Assembly: GCF_006345805.1 (NCBI RefSeq)
Contig: NC_043024.1
Coordinates: forward strand, 19,158,001 to 19,222,000
Source of the DNA: Octopus sinensis
Lineage: Eukaryota
Direction of reading: 5' to 3'
Length of the DNA stretch: 64,000 nt
Shown here: piece by piece, positions 1-11,854 of the stretch
Position numbering within the stretch: position 1 is the stretch's first letter
Layout: every line of letters starts with the position of its first letter
Made by a program: the position numbers and the translations under genes
The notes under the pieces: generated by a model
Told to the model about the DNA's origin: nothing
What the model saw: only the letters and a program-made list of their open reading frames with translations
Database searches by the model: none

Positions 1-65
1 TACATATGTGTGTACATATGTATATGTACATACATGCAAACATACATCCATGCATACAAACATAT

Positions 66-956
66 TGTTACGGACCACCTGCCGTCGCTCGGTCGAACGG
101 GAAAGTTCGCCACGGAACACAGAGAGGAGAGAGATAACGACAACAACAACAGCAGGAAGAGACACAGAGGCAATCGAGAGAGACACAAAGAAGGCAAGGC
201 AATTGGCTACGTTTAACAACTAGTTTATATGACTATTACAACATCAAATACATTTAAAGATACATCAGGTAAATACAAGCAACAGAATCAACACATCAAA
301 GCATTTAAACAGTCCGGAGACAACAGTTCTGTTTCAAATCACATTAAAGGCATATACAATGTTCATAGACAAATAAGTTCAGATCAAATAATGTTCAAAT
401 CAGATCGATTCAAAACAACGATACAGTTCAGATTTCTTTTCAGTCTTTAAAGACTATATCAGAGTCTTTCTTTTCCTCTCTCTTTCTTCTTTCTCTTTTT
501 TTCGTAACACGTATCAATACAATTCTTTTTACATAAATACCACAACTCTTTCCTTCTTTTTCTTTACATATCATAACATAATTAAACACAAACAAAACTT
601 TACCGGACGTTCCTTTTCCGTCTGCAACTATTTCAGAAAATTGCTACTGTAATTGCCAAGCCCTCTCGCTGCAGTCTCTTAGTTCCTTAATCCTCCCTGT
701 CTTTCATCTGTCACAGCAGAAAACAACCTGTTACTTGCTCTGTCCTCGACTGACTCGTCTCTAGCAGAGTTTCCGGCCAACTGTGTTTACAGCTCAAGTT
801 TCTTCCTTTTTAAGGGGTGTTTAGAACGAACTTTAGTTCACCTGAAAGGGGTCGCAGGTCTACTCAGAGCTAATTAATCAACCCGCATCTGGCAGAACAA
901 TGGATTCATTGCCAAATGTAGGTCACCGTCAACTGTCCTCAAATTGAACCACAACA
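66..956 (-). mobile_element. Probable solo LTR (Gypsy-like)
   Basis: Unique 891-bp block inside a (TACA)n tract with TGTTACGG...CCACAACA termini (TG..CA, short terminal inverted repeat); flanks atat/ctat are a near-4-bp TSD; no coding capacity. Orientation is a guess. Confidence 0.45.
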
Positions 957-1157
957 CTATGTATACTTACATACATACATGCATGCGTACATATATACGT
1001 ACATACATACTTGCATGCATACATACATAAATACACGAATGCATATTAATGAACATATATACAAACACACATGTATTCATACATGTGTACATGCCTATGT
1101 ACACTCATACATGCATACATACACACATATATTCAGACAGACAGACAGACAGACATA

Positions 1158-1548
1158 CTCTTTTACTTGTTTCAGTCATTTGACTGCGGATATGCTGGAG
1201 CACCGACTTTAATCGAGCAACTCAACTACGGGACTTATTCTTTTGTAAGCCCAGTACTTATTCCTTCGTCTCTTTTGCCGAACCACTAAGTAATGGGGAC
1301 ATAAACACACCAGCATCGGTTGTCAAGCAATGCTAGGGGAACAAACACAAACACACACACACACATATATATATATACATATATACAACGGGCTTCTTTC
1401 AGTTTCCGTCTACCAAATCCACTCACAAGGCTTTGGTCAGCCCGAGGCTATAGTAGAACGCACTTGCCCAAGGTGCCACGCAGAGGGACTGAACCTGGAA
1501 CCATGTGGTTGGTAAGCAAGCCACCCACCACACAGCCACCCCTGTCCC
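1158..1548 (-). mobile_element. tRNA-derived SINE family 1 (about 390 bp, internal CA/TA microsatellite)
   Basis: Minus-strand head with A-box-like TGGCTGTGTGG and B-box-like GGTTCAGTCCC, tail ...GACTGAAACAAGTAAAAGAG; about 20 near-identical copies in the window. Confidence 0.9.
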
Positions 1549-1748
1549 TTGCATGTATACATACATAAATACACGAATGCATATTAATGAACATATATAC
1601 AAACACACATTTATACATATATGTGTACATGCCTATATACACTCATACATGCATACATACACACATATATTCAGATAGATAGACAGACAGACATATATAT
1701 ATATATATATATATACTTTATTTAAAGCAGCAGAAAATTCAACAAAAC

Positions 1749-1786
1749 CTGTTACTCTGAGTTTCACATTCCCTTTCGTCGGACAG
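1749..1786 (-). ncRNA. Type I hammerhead-like motif (family B, degenerate stem II)
   Basis: Reverse complement reads CTGT CCGACGA AAG GGAA TGT GAAA CTCAGAGTA ACAG: stem I, core with U4C, stem II, GAAA, stem III, GUA site. Confidence 0.55.
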
Positions 1787-1802
1787 TTTTTTCTAGCAAA
1801 AA

Positions 1803-1840
1803 TTGTCCAACGAAAGGGAATGTGAAACTCAGAGTAACAG
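1803..1840 (+). ncRNA. Type I hammerhead-like motif (family B, G5A-mutated)
   Basis: TTGT CCAACGA AAG GGAA TGT GAAA CTCAGAGTA ACAG. Confidence 0.45.
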
Positions 1841-1950
1841 GTTTTGTTGAATTTTCTGCTGCTTAAATAAAGCATATTACTCTACCACTGGTATTTGAGT
1901 ACTCTTTTTTCCCCTTGTTTCACATTTATGTGTTTACTCCGATATATATA

Positions 1951-2036
<86 letters not shown>

Positions 2037-2040
<4 letters not shown>

Positions 2041-2310
2041 GAGGCGCAATGGCCTAGTGGTTAGGGCATCGAACTCGCGGTCGAAGGATCGTGGTTTCGG
2101 TTCCCAGACCGGGCATTGTGTGTTTATTGAGCAAAAACACCTTAAAGCTCCACGAGGCTCCAGCAGGGGGTGGTGATCCCTGCTGTACTCTTTCACCACT
2201 CTTTCTCTCACTCTTTCTTCTGTTGGCCTGCTTGCGTAGCCAGTGGGTTGGCATTGTGACCAGCGATGTGTAGCAACATCTGATAGTCTGGTCGGTTACG
2301 TGATCACGTG
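2037..2310 (+). mobile_element. tRNA-derived SINE family 3 (partial)
   Basis: Head TGTGGAGGCGCAATGGCCTAGTGGTTAG...GGTTTCGGTTCC; related copies at 7950-8252, 47051-47425, 54458-54769. Confidence 0.8.
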
Positions 2311-2324
2311 ATATATATATATAT

Positions 2325-2706
2325 ACTCTCTCTTTTACTCTTTTCAGTCATTTGACTGCAGCCATGCTGGAGCACCGCCTTTAGTCGAGGAAATTTACCC
2401 CCAGGACTTATTCTTTGTAAGCCTAGTACTTATTCTATCGGTCTCTTTTGCCGAACCGCTAAGTTACACACCAGCATCGGTTGTCAAGCGATGTTTGGGG
2501 GACAAACACAGACACACAAACAAACATATACATACATATATACGACGGGATTCTTTCAGTTTCCGTCTACCAAATCCACTCACAAGGCTTTGGTCGGCCC
2601 GAGGCTATAGTAGAAGACACTTGTCCAAGGTGCCACGCAGTGGGACTGAACCCGGAACCATGTGGCTGGTAAGCAAGCTACTTACCACACAGCCACTCCT
2701 GCACCT
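2325..2706 (-). mobile_element. SINE family 1
   Basis: Same head and tail as 1158-1548, between (TA)n tracts. Confidence 0.9.
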
Positions 2707-2773
2707 ATATATATATAGTAAATAAGCTTTTTTGTTTGGAAAAAAATCTAAAAAGATGTCCATTGTGTTGCAG

Positions 2774-2793
2774 AATGAATTCGAGTACAGCTG
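2774..2793 (+). CDS. Candidate 20-nt exon followed by a 103-nt intron (2794-2896), near the 3' end of an unidentified gene
   Basis: ttgcag acceptor, GTAAGA donor, TACTAAT branch point at 2882-2888 and TTCTTGCAG acceptor; every frame stops within or just after the junction. Confidence 0.35.
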
Positions 2794-3354
2794 GTAAGAA
2801 TGAAATGATTGTTGCCAGCTGTGAGAATTAGTTTTTCAGACTTTTGCAGTTCTGCTTTACCAAATTCCAAAGAATTTGGTTTACTAATTCTTGCAGATGA
2901 TGATTAAATAAAAGTTCCCAGCACCAGATTTTTCCCCTCACATTTTTCACACATATATTGCACTCTACTGCATGCTATGAAACCGAATCTCTCTCTTGTA
3001 AAACCAGGCTCCATTTCAATGAATTCCATTTTACTTTTTTTTCTATTTCCTGTGGCTTCTTGTATACTTATATTAATGAAATATTTGCTTTGTCCGGTTC
3101 TACTAAGCACATATAGGAATTCGTTCCCATTTATTTTGCTTTGATGCCGGCTTTCTACCTGCATTCCCCACTATATTTGCTTTGTGTTTTGTCTACGTCT
3201 ACCTGTGATCACTGAGACCAGTGTACAACAATTTCGTTTCATCTCTGTTGCAAACCTATATAGAAAATTTAATTTATTTTCTACTCAAGGTTTTTGTAAA
3301 GTTACCATATATGATTGCGTACATGATTCCAGTATCTAAATAGAATACACATAC

Positions 3355-3693
3355 TCCTGCATATACATATGTATGTATATGTGTGTGTATGTATATATGT
3401 ATGTATATATATATTCATATATGTATATATATACATACATATACATATATGTATATGTACATATACATATATGTACATATACATGTATATATGTATATAT
3501 ACATATATGTATATACGTATATATAAATATACATATATGTATATATGTATATATACGTATATGTATATACGTATATATAAATATACATATATGTATATAT
3601 GTATATATACGTATATGTATATACGTATATATACATATACGTATATATATATATATATACGTATATGTATATACGTATATATACATATACGTA

Positions 3694-3729
<36 letters not shown>

Positions 3730-3940
3730 CATGTACATGCATATATATATACATATGCACATATATATGCATATATATATACATATGCACATATATATGC
3801 ATATATATATATACATATGCACATATATATATACATATACATATATATATACATATACATATATATACATACACACACACACACATATATGTGTGTGTGT
3901 ATATATATGTATATATATATATTTTTGTGTATATGATGTA
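3355..3940. repeat. Compound (TA/TG/CA)n microsatellite
   Basis: Direct inspection; source of the Y/I/M/C-rich pseudo-ORFs. Confidence 0.95.
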
Positions 3941-6087
3941 TGTTGTATGCAAGAAATAAGGTGGAGAGGAGGATCTGCTAGGGTCCTCACAGGCAAGGGA
4001 CACAGGTACAAGATTTTCTGGGCAGGGAACACTGACGGGGTTGGTGGCGTGGGTATAATTATCGCTGAGAAATGGATAGATAGAGTAATTGAGGTAATCA
4101 GAGTAAGTGACAGAATACTTAAGATTAGAATAGTGCTTCATAATAGATTAGCAACCATTATATCGGCCTATGCCCTCAGCCAGGGCTACCCGATGGACAG
4201 AAAGACAGTTTCTATGACACCCTACTGCAGACCACCTCATCGACGAACGACAGGGACCTTCTCTTTGTGGCTGGTGATTTCAATGGGCATGTTGGACGAC
4301 ATGCTGGGGGCTTCCATGGCGTACATGGAGGCTACGGTTATGGTTCCCGCAACGAGGAGGGAACCAGGCTGCTGGAGTTCTGCGATGCGAATAGTCTTAT
4401 CGTCTGCAACACTAACTTCAGGAAACCAACAAGCCACCTGGTCACCTACCGATCGGGCCGGCATACTAGCCAAATCGACTACATCCTTGCCAGAAAAAGG
4501 GAAAGATGGCTGCTTAAAATGCCAAAACCTTCCCAGGCGAAGAATGCACCCCACAACATAGACTGGTAGTAAGTGACTTTAGGATCAGGACTAAGAGGGC
4601 GACTAGAAGACGACCAACATGGAGAAGAAGGGTCTGGAGCTTAAAGCCCCTGCGAATGGACAGAGATTTAGAGATATGTTACTTGAAGCCTTTGACGAAG
4701 TGGAAGGGGGTATAGCTACACATGGGGTAGAAGACAACTGGACGTTTCTGAGGGACAACCTGCTGAAAGCCGCTGACCAGATCTGTGGCTGGTGCAAAGT
4801 CCCTTAAGACCCAAAATAACGTGGTGGTGGAACAATATTGTTGACAGGGCTATTAGACAAAAGAAACAGGCTTGGAAGCCTGGAAGAACGGTGGTAGCAG
4901 GGAAGGGTATCAGACTGCCAGAAGGGAAGCTAGGAGACAGGTCTATCTAGCCAGAGGGGAAGCAGATAACAGAAAATTTGCCAATGTCCTGCGCCGTGAG
5001 GATGAAAGACTTGAGGTATTTCGTGTTGCAAGACAGTGTGTGAGAGAGAATCGTGATGTGGTAGGAGAGAAATGTGTTCGCATGGAGGATGGTTCACTTG
5101 CGCTAAATGAGGATGCTTGGAGACGCCACTATGAAAGGTTACTGAATGAGGAAAATGAATGGGATAAAGAGAGTCTGCCGAATGTTGACCCTACAGAGGG
5201 ACCAGCTATCCGAGTTGATAGTTCCGTGGTAGCTAAGGCAATTAGAAGCATGAAGACAGGGAAAGCCCCAGGCCCATCAGCAATTACTGCAGAGATGCTC
5301 AAAATAGCTGGCAGTGTCGGCTATAACCTAGTCACCCGTATAGTCAACCAGGTGATACACGAAGGAGTCATACCCAATGACTGGTGCAGCAGCATACTAG
5401 TCAACTGCTACAAAGGTAAAGGTGATGCCCTAGATACAAATAATTACAGAGGTATCAAGCTGTTGGATCAAGTAATGAAGGTTACGGAGAGGGTCATAGC
5501 CCAACTAATCAGAGAGAGAGTTAGTTTAGATGAGATGAGATGCAGTTTGGGTTCGTGCCAGGAAAAAGTACCACTGATGCTATATTCCTGGTAAGGCAGC
5601 TGCAGGAGAAATACCTAGCCAAAGATAAGCCCCTGTACCTGGCTTTCGTTGACATGGAGAAAGCTTTTGATAGGGTCCCCCGATCCCTTATCTGGTGGTC
5701 AATGAGGAAACTAGGGATAGATGAATGGCTGGTGAGGACTGTGCAAGCCATGTACAGAGATGCCGTAAGTAAGGTTAGGGTTGGCAACATGTACACAGAA
5801 GAATTCAAAGTAGAGGTTGGGGTCCACCAGGGTTCAGTACTCAGCCCCCTCCTATTTATCATAGTACTCCAGGCAATTACGGAGGAATTCAAGACAGGCT
5901 GTCCCTGGGAGCTCCTCTACGCTGACGACCTTGCTCTTATTGCTGAGTCACTATCAGAACTGGAGGAGAAGTTCCAGGTGTGGAAGGAGGGTTTAGAATC
6001 AAGGGGCCTTAGAGTCAACCTAGCTAAAACCAAAGTACTAATAAGTAGAAAGGTAGACAATCCCAAATATCTTCAGGAAGATGGCCC

Positions 6088-6215
6088 TGCTCGATCTGTA
6101 GAAAAGGTGTAGGTAGAAACTCTATAAGATGTACCCAGTGGCTATGGACACATAAGAGGTGCAGCAATGTCAAAGGTAGGCTAACTGGAAGATAGTTTTT
6201 GTATGTGGCAGATGC
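6088..6215 (+). pseudogene. PHD-like C4HC3 zinc finger inside RTE ORF2
   Basis: CSICRKGVGRNSIRCTQ(W)LWTHKRCSNVKGRLTGKIVFVCGRC after correcting a 1-bp deletion; loss of the 4th Cys is inferred to be a 3-bp deletion. Confidence 0.7.
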
Positions 6216-6954
6216 TCGGGAGCATTAACCTCCGAAAATCTGCAGAAAACAACTTCCGTCACTTTCCAGGGGGAAAAACTAGAAGTAGTTGATAGCTTCC
6301 GTTATCTAGGTGACCAAGTCAGTAGTGGGGGTGGGTGCGCTGAAAGTGTAACTGCTAGAATAAGAATAGCCTGGGCAAAGTTTAGGGAGCTCTTACCTCT
6401 GCTGGTGACTAAAGGCCTCTCGCTCAGAGTAAAAGGCAGACTGTATGATGCGTGTGTACGAACAGCCATGCTACATGGCAGCGAAACATGGGCTGTGACT
6501 GCTGAGGACATGCGTAAGCTCGTGAGGAATGAAGCCAGTATGCTCCGATGGATGTGTAATGTCAGTGTACATACTCGACAGAGCGTTAGCACTTGAGAGA
6601 AATGTTGTACCTAAGAAGCATCAGTTGTGGTGTGCAAGAGAGACGATTGCGCTGGTATGGTCATGTGGCGAGAATGGATGAAGATAGGTGTGTGAGAAAG
6701 TGCCAATCCCTAGCAGTTGAGGGAACCCGTGGAAGAGGTAGACCCAGGAAAACCTGGACGAGGTGGTGAAGCACGACCTTCGAACTTTAGGCCTCACTGA
6801 GGAAATGACCAGAGACCGAGACCTTTGGAATATTCTGTACGTGAGAAGACCAGGCAGGACAAGTGAGCCCAGCCCACTTATGAATGCCTTTCCTCCCTTG
6901 GACACAAAGACCGGTTGAGGCAAGCGAAGTCGATATAGAACCTCATCCGATGAC

Positions 6955-7395
6955 AGACACCCATCCCAACCCCCCATGCTTGCGAAGACATGTTGGGGCA
7001 AGCGAAATCGAAACCGAATTGAACCAGCCAGGATCCCTGGCCTGGTGGTACGTAAAAAGCACTATCCGACTCGGGGCCGTGGCACGTAAAATACTCCAAT
7101 GCGACCGTACGACAGGCACCCATGCCAACCCCCTTGCTTGTGAAGACATGTTGGGGCAAGCGAAATCGAAATCGAATTGAACCAGCCAGGATCCCTGGTC
7201 TGGTGGTACGTAAAAAGCACCATCCGACTCGTGGCCGTGGCACGTAAAATACTCCAATGCGACCGTACGACAGGCACCCTTGCCAACCCCCTTTGCTTGT
7301 GAAGACATGTTGGGGCAAGCGAAATCGAAATCGAATTGAACCAGCCAGGATCCCTGGTCTGGTGGTACGTAAAAAGCACTATCCGACTCGTGGCC
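6955..7395 (+). repeat. 158-159-bp tandem repeat (about 2.8 units) in the RTE 3' UTR
   Basis: GACATGTTGGGGCAAGCGAAATCG recurs at 6987, 7145 and 7304. Confidence 0.95.
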
Positions 7396-7679
7396 GATGC
7401 CAGCACCGCCTCAACTGGCTTCCGTGCCGGTGGCACATAAAATACACCAATCTGACCGTGGCCGTTGCCAGCCCCGCCTGGCACCTGTGCAGGTGGCACG
7501 TAAAAGCACCCACTACACTCACGGAGTGGTTGGCGTTAGGAAGGGCATCCAGCTGTAGAAACATTGCCAAATTAGACTGGAGCCTGGTGCAGCCTTCTGG
7601 CTTCCCAGAACCCCGGTCGAACCGTCCAACCCATGCTAGCATGGAGAACGGACGTTAAACGACGATGATGATGATGATG

Positions 7680-7699
<20 letters not shown>

Positions 7700-7710
<11 letters not shown>

Positions 7711-8345
7711 TTCATCCTGTGCTCTTGAGCACATCTGAGTAGCCAGATGACGTCATTTGTTTCTGCTATCACCTGTCGTCTTCCCTACATCTGGTCATAT
7801 GATAATGGCTTCTCTGATCTCTGTTAGGAATGTTCTCTACCATGTAGCTTTCAGTCTCTCTCTCTCTATCGTTTTCCCTTTGGTGCTGTCCATTCGGAAG
7901 CTGTTTCCGAATGGTGTTGTTTTTGTAACCAAAGTATATAACCTTTGTTTTGTTTGTTCCTTCTCGAGCCATGCCTCGCTCATAAGGGCCAGTTTCCTGG
8001 TTTCCTTGGTGTATAGGTTCCCCACCTGGACGGGACGCCGGTCTGTCAAGGTGAGCTGCAAGATACAGGAGGAAAGAATGAGAGAAAGCTGGGGCGAAAG
8101 AGTCAGCAGAAGTTCACCATTACCTTCTACCAGAGCTGCGTGGAGCTTAGGTGTTTCACTCATAAATACACACATCGCCCTGTCTGAGATTCGAACCTGC
8201 GATCCCTCCACCGTGAGTCCGCTGCTCTACCCACAAAGCCATGTACCTCCACATTGATGTTATTGGGAGTATCCCCATTTGAAGTTGGAGATCTACCAAA
8301 GCTGATCCCTGGCACAACATCATGAGATGCATTTTTATTGAAGCT
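7700..8345 (-). mobile_element. Old RTE-type 3' ORF fragment of a different family, interrupted by a SINE
   Basis: Minus-strand translation resembles TASEWTAPKGKR..RLKATW.RTFLTEIRE. Confidence 0.55.
7950..8252 (-). mobile_element. SINE family 3 with V-domain-like centre
   Basis: tRNA-like head, central ...GACGGACTGGCATCCCGTCC-like motif, tail GGCTCGAGAAGGAACAAAC. Confidence 0.85.
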
Positions 8346-8694
8346 ATTTAAACTCATAAACACACACATCGCCCTGTCTGTGATTCGAACCCGCGATCCC
8401 TCGACTGCAAGTCCAGTGCTCTAACCACTAGGCCATGTGCCTCCACAAAATATATAACTAGCTAATTTCTGTTTTTGTTCTGTGATAATTTTGCCAAGTG
8501 GTCTTGTGTTGGCTCTCGTTGGAATGTCTTCATTAGATCCATGGTCTTGCCAGTACCTAAATCATGGTCTTGCCAATACTCTTTTAGATGAGAGGTCTGA
8601 TTGAGAAGCATTAAGTCTTCTGCTATGGTAATGGAGCTAAAATGTGCAGAGGGAAGCCACTTGGTACTGATAGACCCTAAACTCTGTCTCACAT

Positions 8695-9115
8695 ACTCTT
8701 TTACTCTTCTACTTGTTTCAGTCATTTGACTGCGGCCATGCTGGAGCACCGCCTTTTTTTAGTCGAGCAAATCGACCCCGGGACTTATTCTTTGTAAGCC
8801 CAGTACTTATTCTATCGGTCTCTTTTGCCGAACTGCTAAGTGAAGGGGACGTAAACACACCAGCATCGGTTGTCAAGCAATGCTAGGGGGACAAACACAG
8901 ACACACAGACACACAAACACACACACATACATATACATATATACATATATACGACAGGCTTCTTTCAGTTTCCGTCTACCAAATCCACTCACAAGGCATT
9001 GGTCGGCCCGGGGCTATAGCAGAAGACACTTGCCCAAGATGCCACGCAGTGGGACTGAACTCGGAACCATGTGGTTGGTTAGCAAGCTACTTACCACACA
9101 GCCACTCCTGCGCCT
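8695..9115 (-). mobile_element. SINE family 1
   Basis: Full head and tail. Confidence 0.9.
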
Positions 9116-9119
9116 ATGC

Positions 9120-9540
9120 ACATTAAGTTATTACATTCTTGCTCACTTCCATAGCTTCAAGCAATGCTTGGAAGTGAAGTGTGTAGAATATGGTTGTTTT
9201 ACCCAAAAAACAGATCAAGTTTTAGCTGTACAGGATCTTCTTGGTTGTGTCAAGGAAGATGAAAACGTTTTGAAAACGGTCTTAAGAGGTTATGAATCAT
9301 GGGTCTATGGCTATAACCCCGAAACTAAGGCTTGAAAGGAATCCCACTTGAAAGGAACAAGATTTCAAGAAATCAAAGAAATCCTAGTGAATGCAACCAG
9401 ACAGCTGTTTGCTCTGCTAAAACGGAGTTCCAGGAATGCTTCCATTAATGGAAACAACGTTGGTTAAAGTGCGTGACTTCAGAAGAGGACTACTTAGGAG
9501 ATTAAATGGAAAGGAATTCTAGGAAACACCGGACAAAGGG
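9120..9540 (+). mobile_element. Internally deleted mariner transposase fragment
   Basis: DENVLKTVLRGYESWVYGYNPETK (degenerate TGDESW motif) joined to LKGTRF...FQECF..WKQRWLKCV..EEDY terminus. Confidence 0.8.
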
Positions 9541-9755
9541 TAGAGCTTTCGATGGGTTTTTTTTTTCAAAGGAGATTAAATTCTGAACTGATATGTGTTG
9601 TAGTTTTCGTTTCAGAGGACCAATTCCAATACTTTATGGTAAGGCCTCATGTTTCAAAAATCAGCAAGGCTGGCCGACTTCAGGGCATACCTTTATATGG
9701 AACCAAAAGATGGACGATGACAAAAATGCTTCAGAGCCATCTTCAGAGCCATAAG

Positions 9756-10120
9756 GCGACGAGGTGGTAGAATAGTTAGCATGCTGGGTGAAATGCATAG
9801 CAGTATTTCGTCTACTGCTATATTCTGAGTTCAAATTCCGCCGAGGTCAACTTTGCCTTTCATCCTTTCGAGGTCGATTAAATAAGTACCAGTTACACAC
9901 TGGGGTCGATATAATCGACTTAATCTGTTTGTCTGTCCTTGTTTGTCCTCTCTGTATTTAGCCCCTTGTGGGTAGTAAAGAAATAGGTATTTCATCTGCT
10001 GTTACGTTCTGAGTTCAAATTCTGCTGAGGTCGACTTTGCCTTTCATCCTTTCGGGGTAAATTAAATAAGTACCAGTTATGCACTGGGGTATTTAATCGA
10101 CTTAATCCATTTGTCTGTCC
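9756..10120 (+). mobile_element. SINE family 2 (Deu/Nin-like domain), dimer
   Basis: GTCGACTTTGCCTTTCATCCTTTCGGGGTCGAT core; second headless unit starts at the AAGAAATA-GGTATTTC junction. Confidence 0.85.
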
Positions 10121-10906
10121 TTTTCATACCTATCCTACAAATCTGGCCTCACACACCCACCCTACAATTTCATTCTGAAAATAAATAACCGCATCATTGA
10201 AATCTCGGAGGTTTGAGATAATGCATGATTAATTAAAAACAAGGTGAATAGATAAGTGTTACATTTGATGACTTAATCTGATTGCTAAAGGATGAAAAAA
10301 AAAATAAAAGACATTTGGTCAAGCTGCCATGCAGTGGAATTGAAACGATGATCTCCTGATAGTAAAACCAGATTTCTTAACCACTCTGCTACAGTTTGTC
10401 TATATAGTATATCAAACTCTACTTTTATCCAATGAGATGTGAAGAGTAATATACTGATAATATTCTAAAACTGTATTTCACAGAACATATTGTTTTGTCA
10501 TGATGTTGTAACACAAGTCAGTCAGGCTATGAAAGTCATAAATAAAAACCCGAGACTAAGTAATCTCATAGCGATCTGTTGTAAGCGTCGGCTAAAACTA
10601 TTTAGTGGTGTTCATAAATTTCAATAATATTAAAGCTGCAACTTCACCTCCTGAAATGAGTGTTGATATATGTGGAACTGAACGGTTTTTACACATGAAA
10701 TTCTATCTCTGGTATTCTACATTCATTTCAGGAAAATCAGTGTAGATGTCATAGCTATGGAGTTAAGTGGTCGGCTTGGCAGACGTTGGGATTGGTTTGA
10801 AGCTGGGTTTTACTACGTGACACCTTAGACAAGTTTTAAGTTTCTTCTCTCAAATTTACTTTGGATGACAGAAATGGTTAAAAAGCCTGTTTTGTGTGTA
10901 TACACA

Positions 10907-11490
10907 TGCAGGAGTGGATGTGTGGTAAGTAACTTGCTTACAAACCACATAGTTCCGGGTTCAGTCCCACTGCATGGCACCTTGGGCAAGTGTCTTCTAC
11001 TATAGCCTCGGGCTGACCAAAGCCTTGTGAGTGGATTTGGTAGATGGAAACTGAAAGAAACCCATCGTATATATGTATAAGTATATATATATATATGTAT
11101 CTGTATGTTTGTGTGTCTGTGTTTGTCCCACCAACATCGCTTGACAACCGATGCTGGTATGTTTACGTCCACATAGTTCCGGGTTCAGTCCCACAGCTTG
11201 GTACCTTGGGCAAGTGTCTTCTACTATAGCCTTGAGCCGACCAAAGCCTTGTGAGTGGATTTGGTAGACAGAAACTGAAAGAAGCCCGTCATATATATGT
11301 GTCTGTCTGTGTTTGTCCCCCCAACATCGCTTGACAACTGATGTTGGTGTGTTTACAGCCCCGTAATATAGTGGTTTGGCAAAAGAGACCAACAGGATAA
11401 GTACTAGGCTTACAAAGAATAAGTCCTGGGGTTGATTTACTCGACTAAAGGCCACAGTCAAATGACTGAAACAAGTAAAACAGTAAAAGA
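10907..11490 (+). mobile_element. SINE family 1 with internal duplication
   Basis: Head region restarts at 11170 with the same CACATAGTTCC variant. Confidence 0.85.
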
Positions 11491-11534
11491 ATGTGTGTGT
11501 GTGTGTGTGTGCGTATTTACATATATATCGCCAT

Positions 11535-11850
11535 TATCATCATTGTTCAATGTCCACCTTCCATGCTGGCATGGGTGGAATGGTTTGACAAGAGCCAGCC
11601 AGGCAGAAGCCTCCTGCACCAGACTTCTGTGACTGTTTTGGCAGGACTTTTACAGCTGGATGCTCTTCCTAACACCAACCACTCAGCAGAGTGAACTTAG
11701 TGCTTTTCATGTTGCGCAAGCACAGGCGAAATCAGTTTTGGCAAGGTTTTTATAGCTGGATGCCCTTCCAAATGCCAACTACTTTACAGTATGGACTGGG
11801 TTCTTTTAAGTGGCACCTGTACTGACAGGGTCACCAAGTACTTACAAAAA
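11535..11850 (-). mobile_element. RTE 3' tail fragment
   Basis: CCATGCTGGCATGG and CAGCTGGATGC motifs. Confidence 0.75.
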
Positions 11851-11854
11851 AAGA

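Larger units (their letters stand above)
1716..1941. mobile_element. Foldback element B (about 157-bp palindrome plus tail) with a hammerhead-like motif in each arm
   Basis: 1716-1872 is an almost perfect inverted repeat between (TA)n tracts; same element at 28735-28899, about 30190-30364, about 31030-31194, and collapsed at 58331-58470. Confidence 0.8.
3948..7680 (+). mobile_element. RTE-clade non-LTR retrotransposon, 5'-truncated and frameshifted, with 3' UTR and (GAT)n tail
   Basis: APE endonuclease ([31 protein letters not shown]), RT (QFGFVPGKSTTDA, FVDMEKAFDRV, GVHQGSVLSPLLF, YADD at 5918-5929), C-terminal RLRWYGHV and RGRGRPRKTW; several stops and frameshifts; lies between (TA)n tracts. 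Confidence 0.97.

Noticed and set aside
2904-3164. 86-aa minus-strand ORF with CEKC
   Set aside because: No recognisable family or splice support; the opposite strand has better gene signals
3948-6865. Active RTE element
   Set aside because: 5'-truncated with multiple frameshifts and stops
8462-8749. 95-aa minus-strand ORF
   Set aside because: Starts inside a SINE tail; the rest has an internal 13-bp duplication and no recognisable homology
10732-10828. Plus-strand exon KISVDVIAMELSGRLGRRWDWFEAGFYYVTP*
   Set aside because: The acceptor is good, but the nearby upstream donor (GTAAGC at 10581) gives stops in every compatible frame
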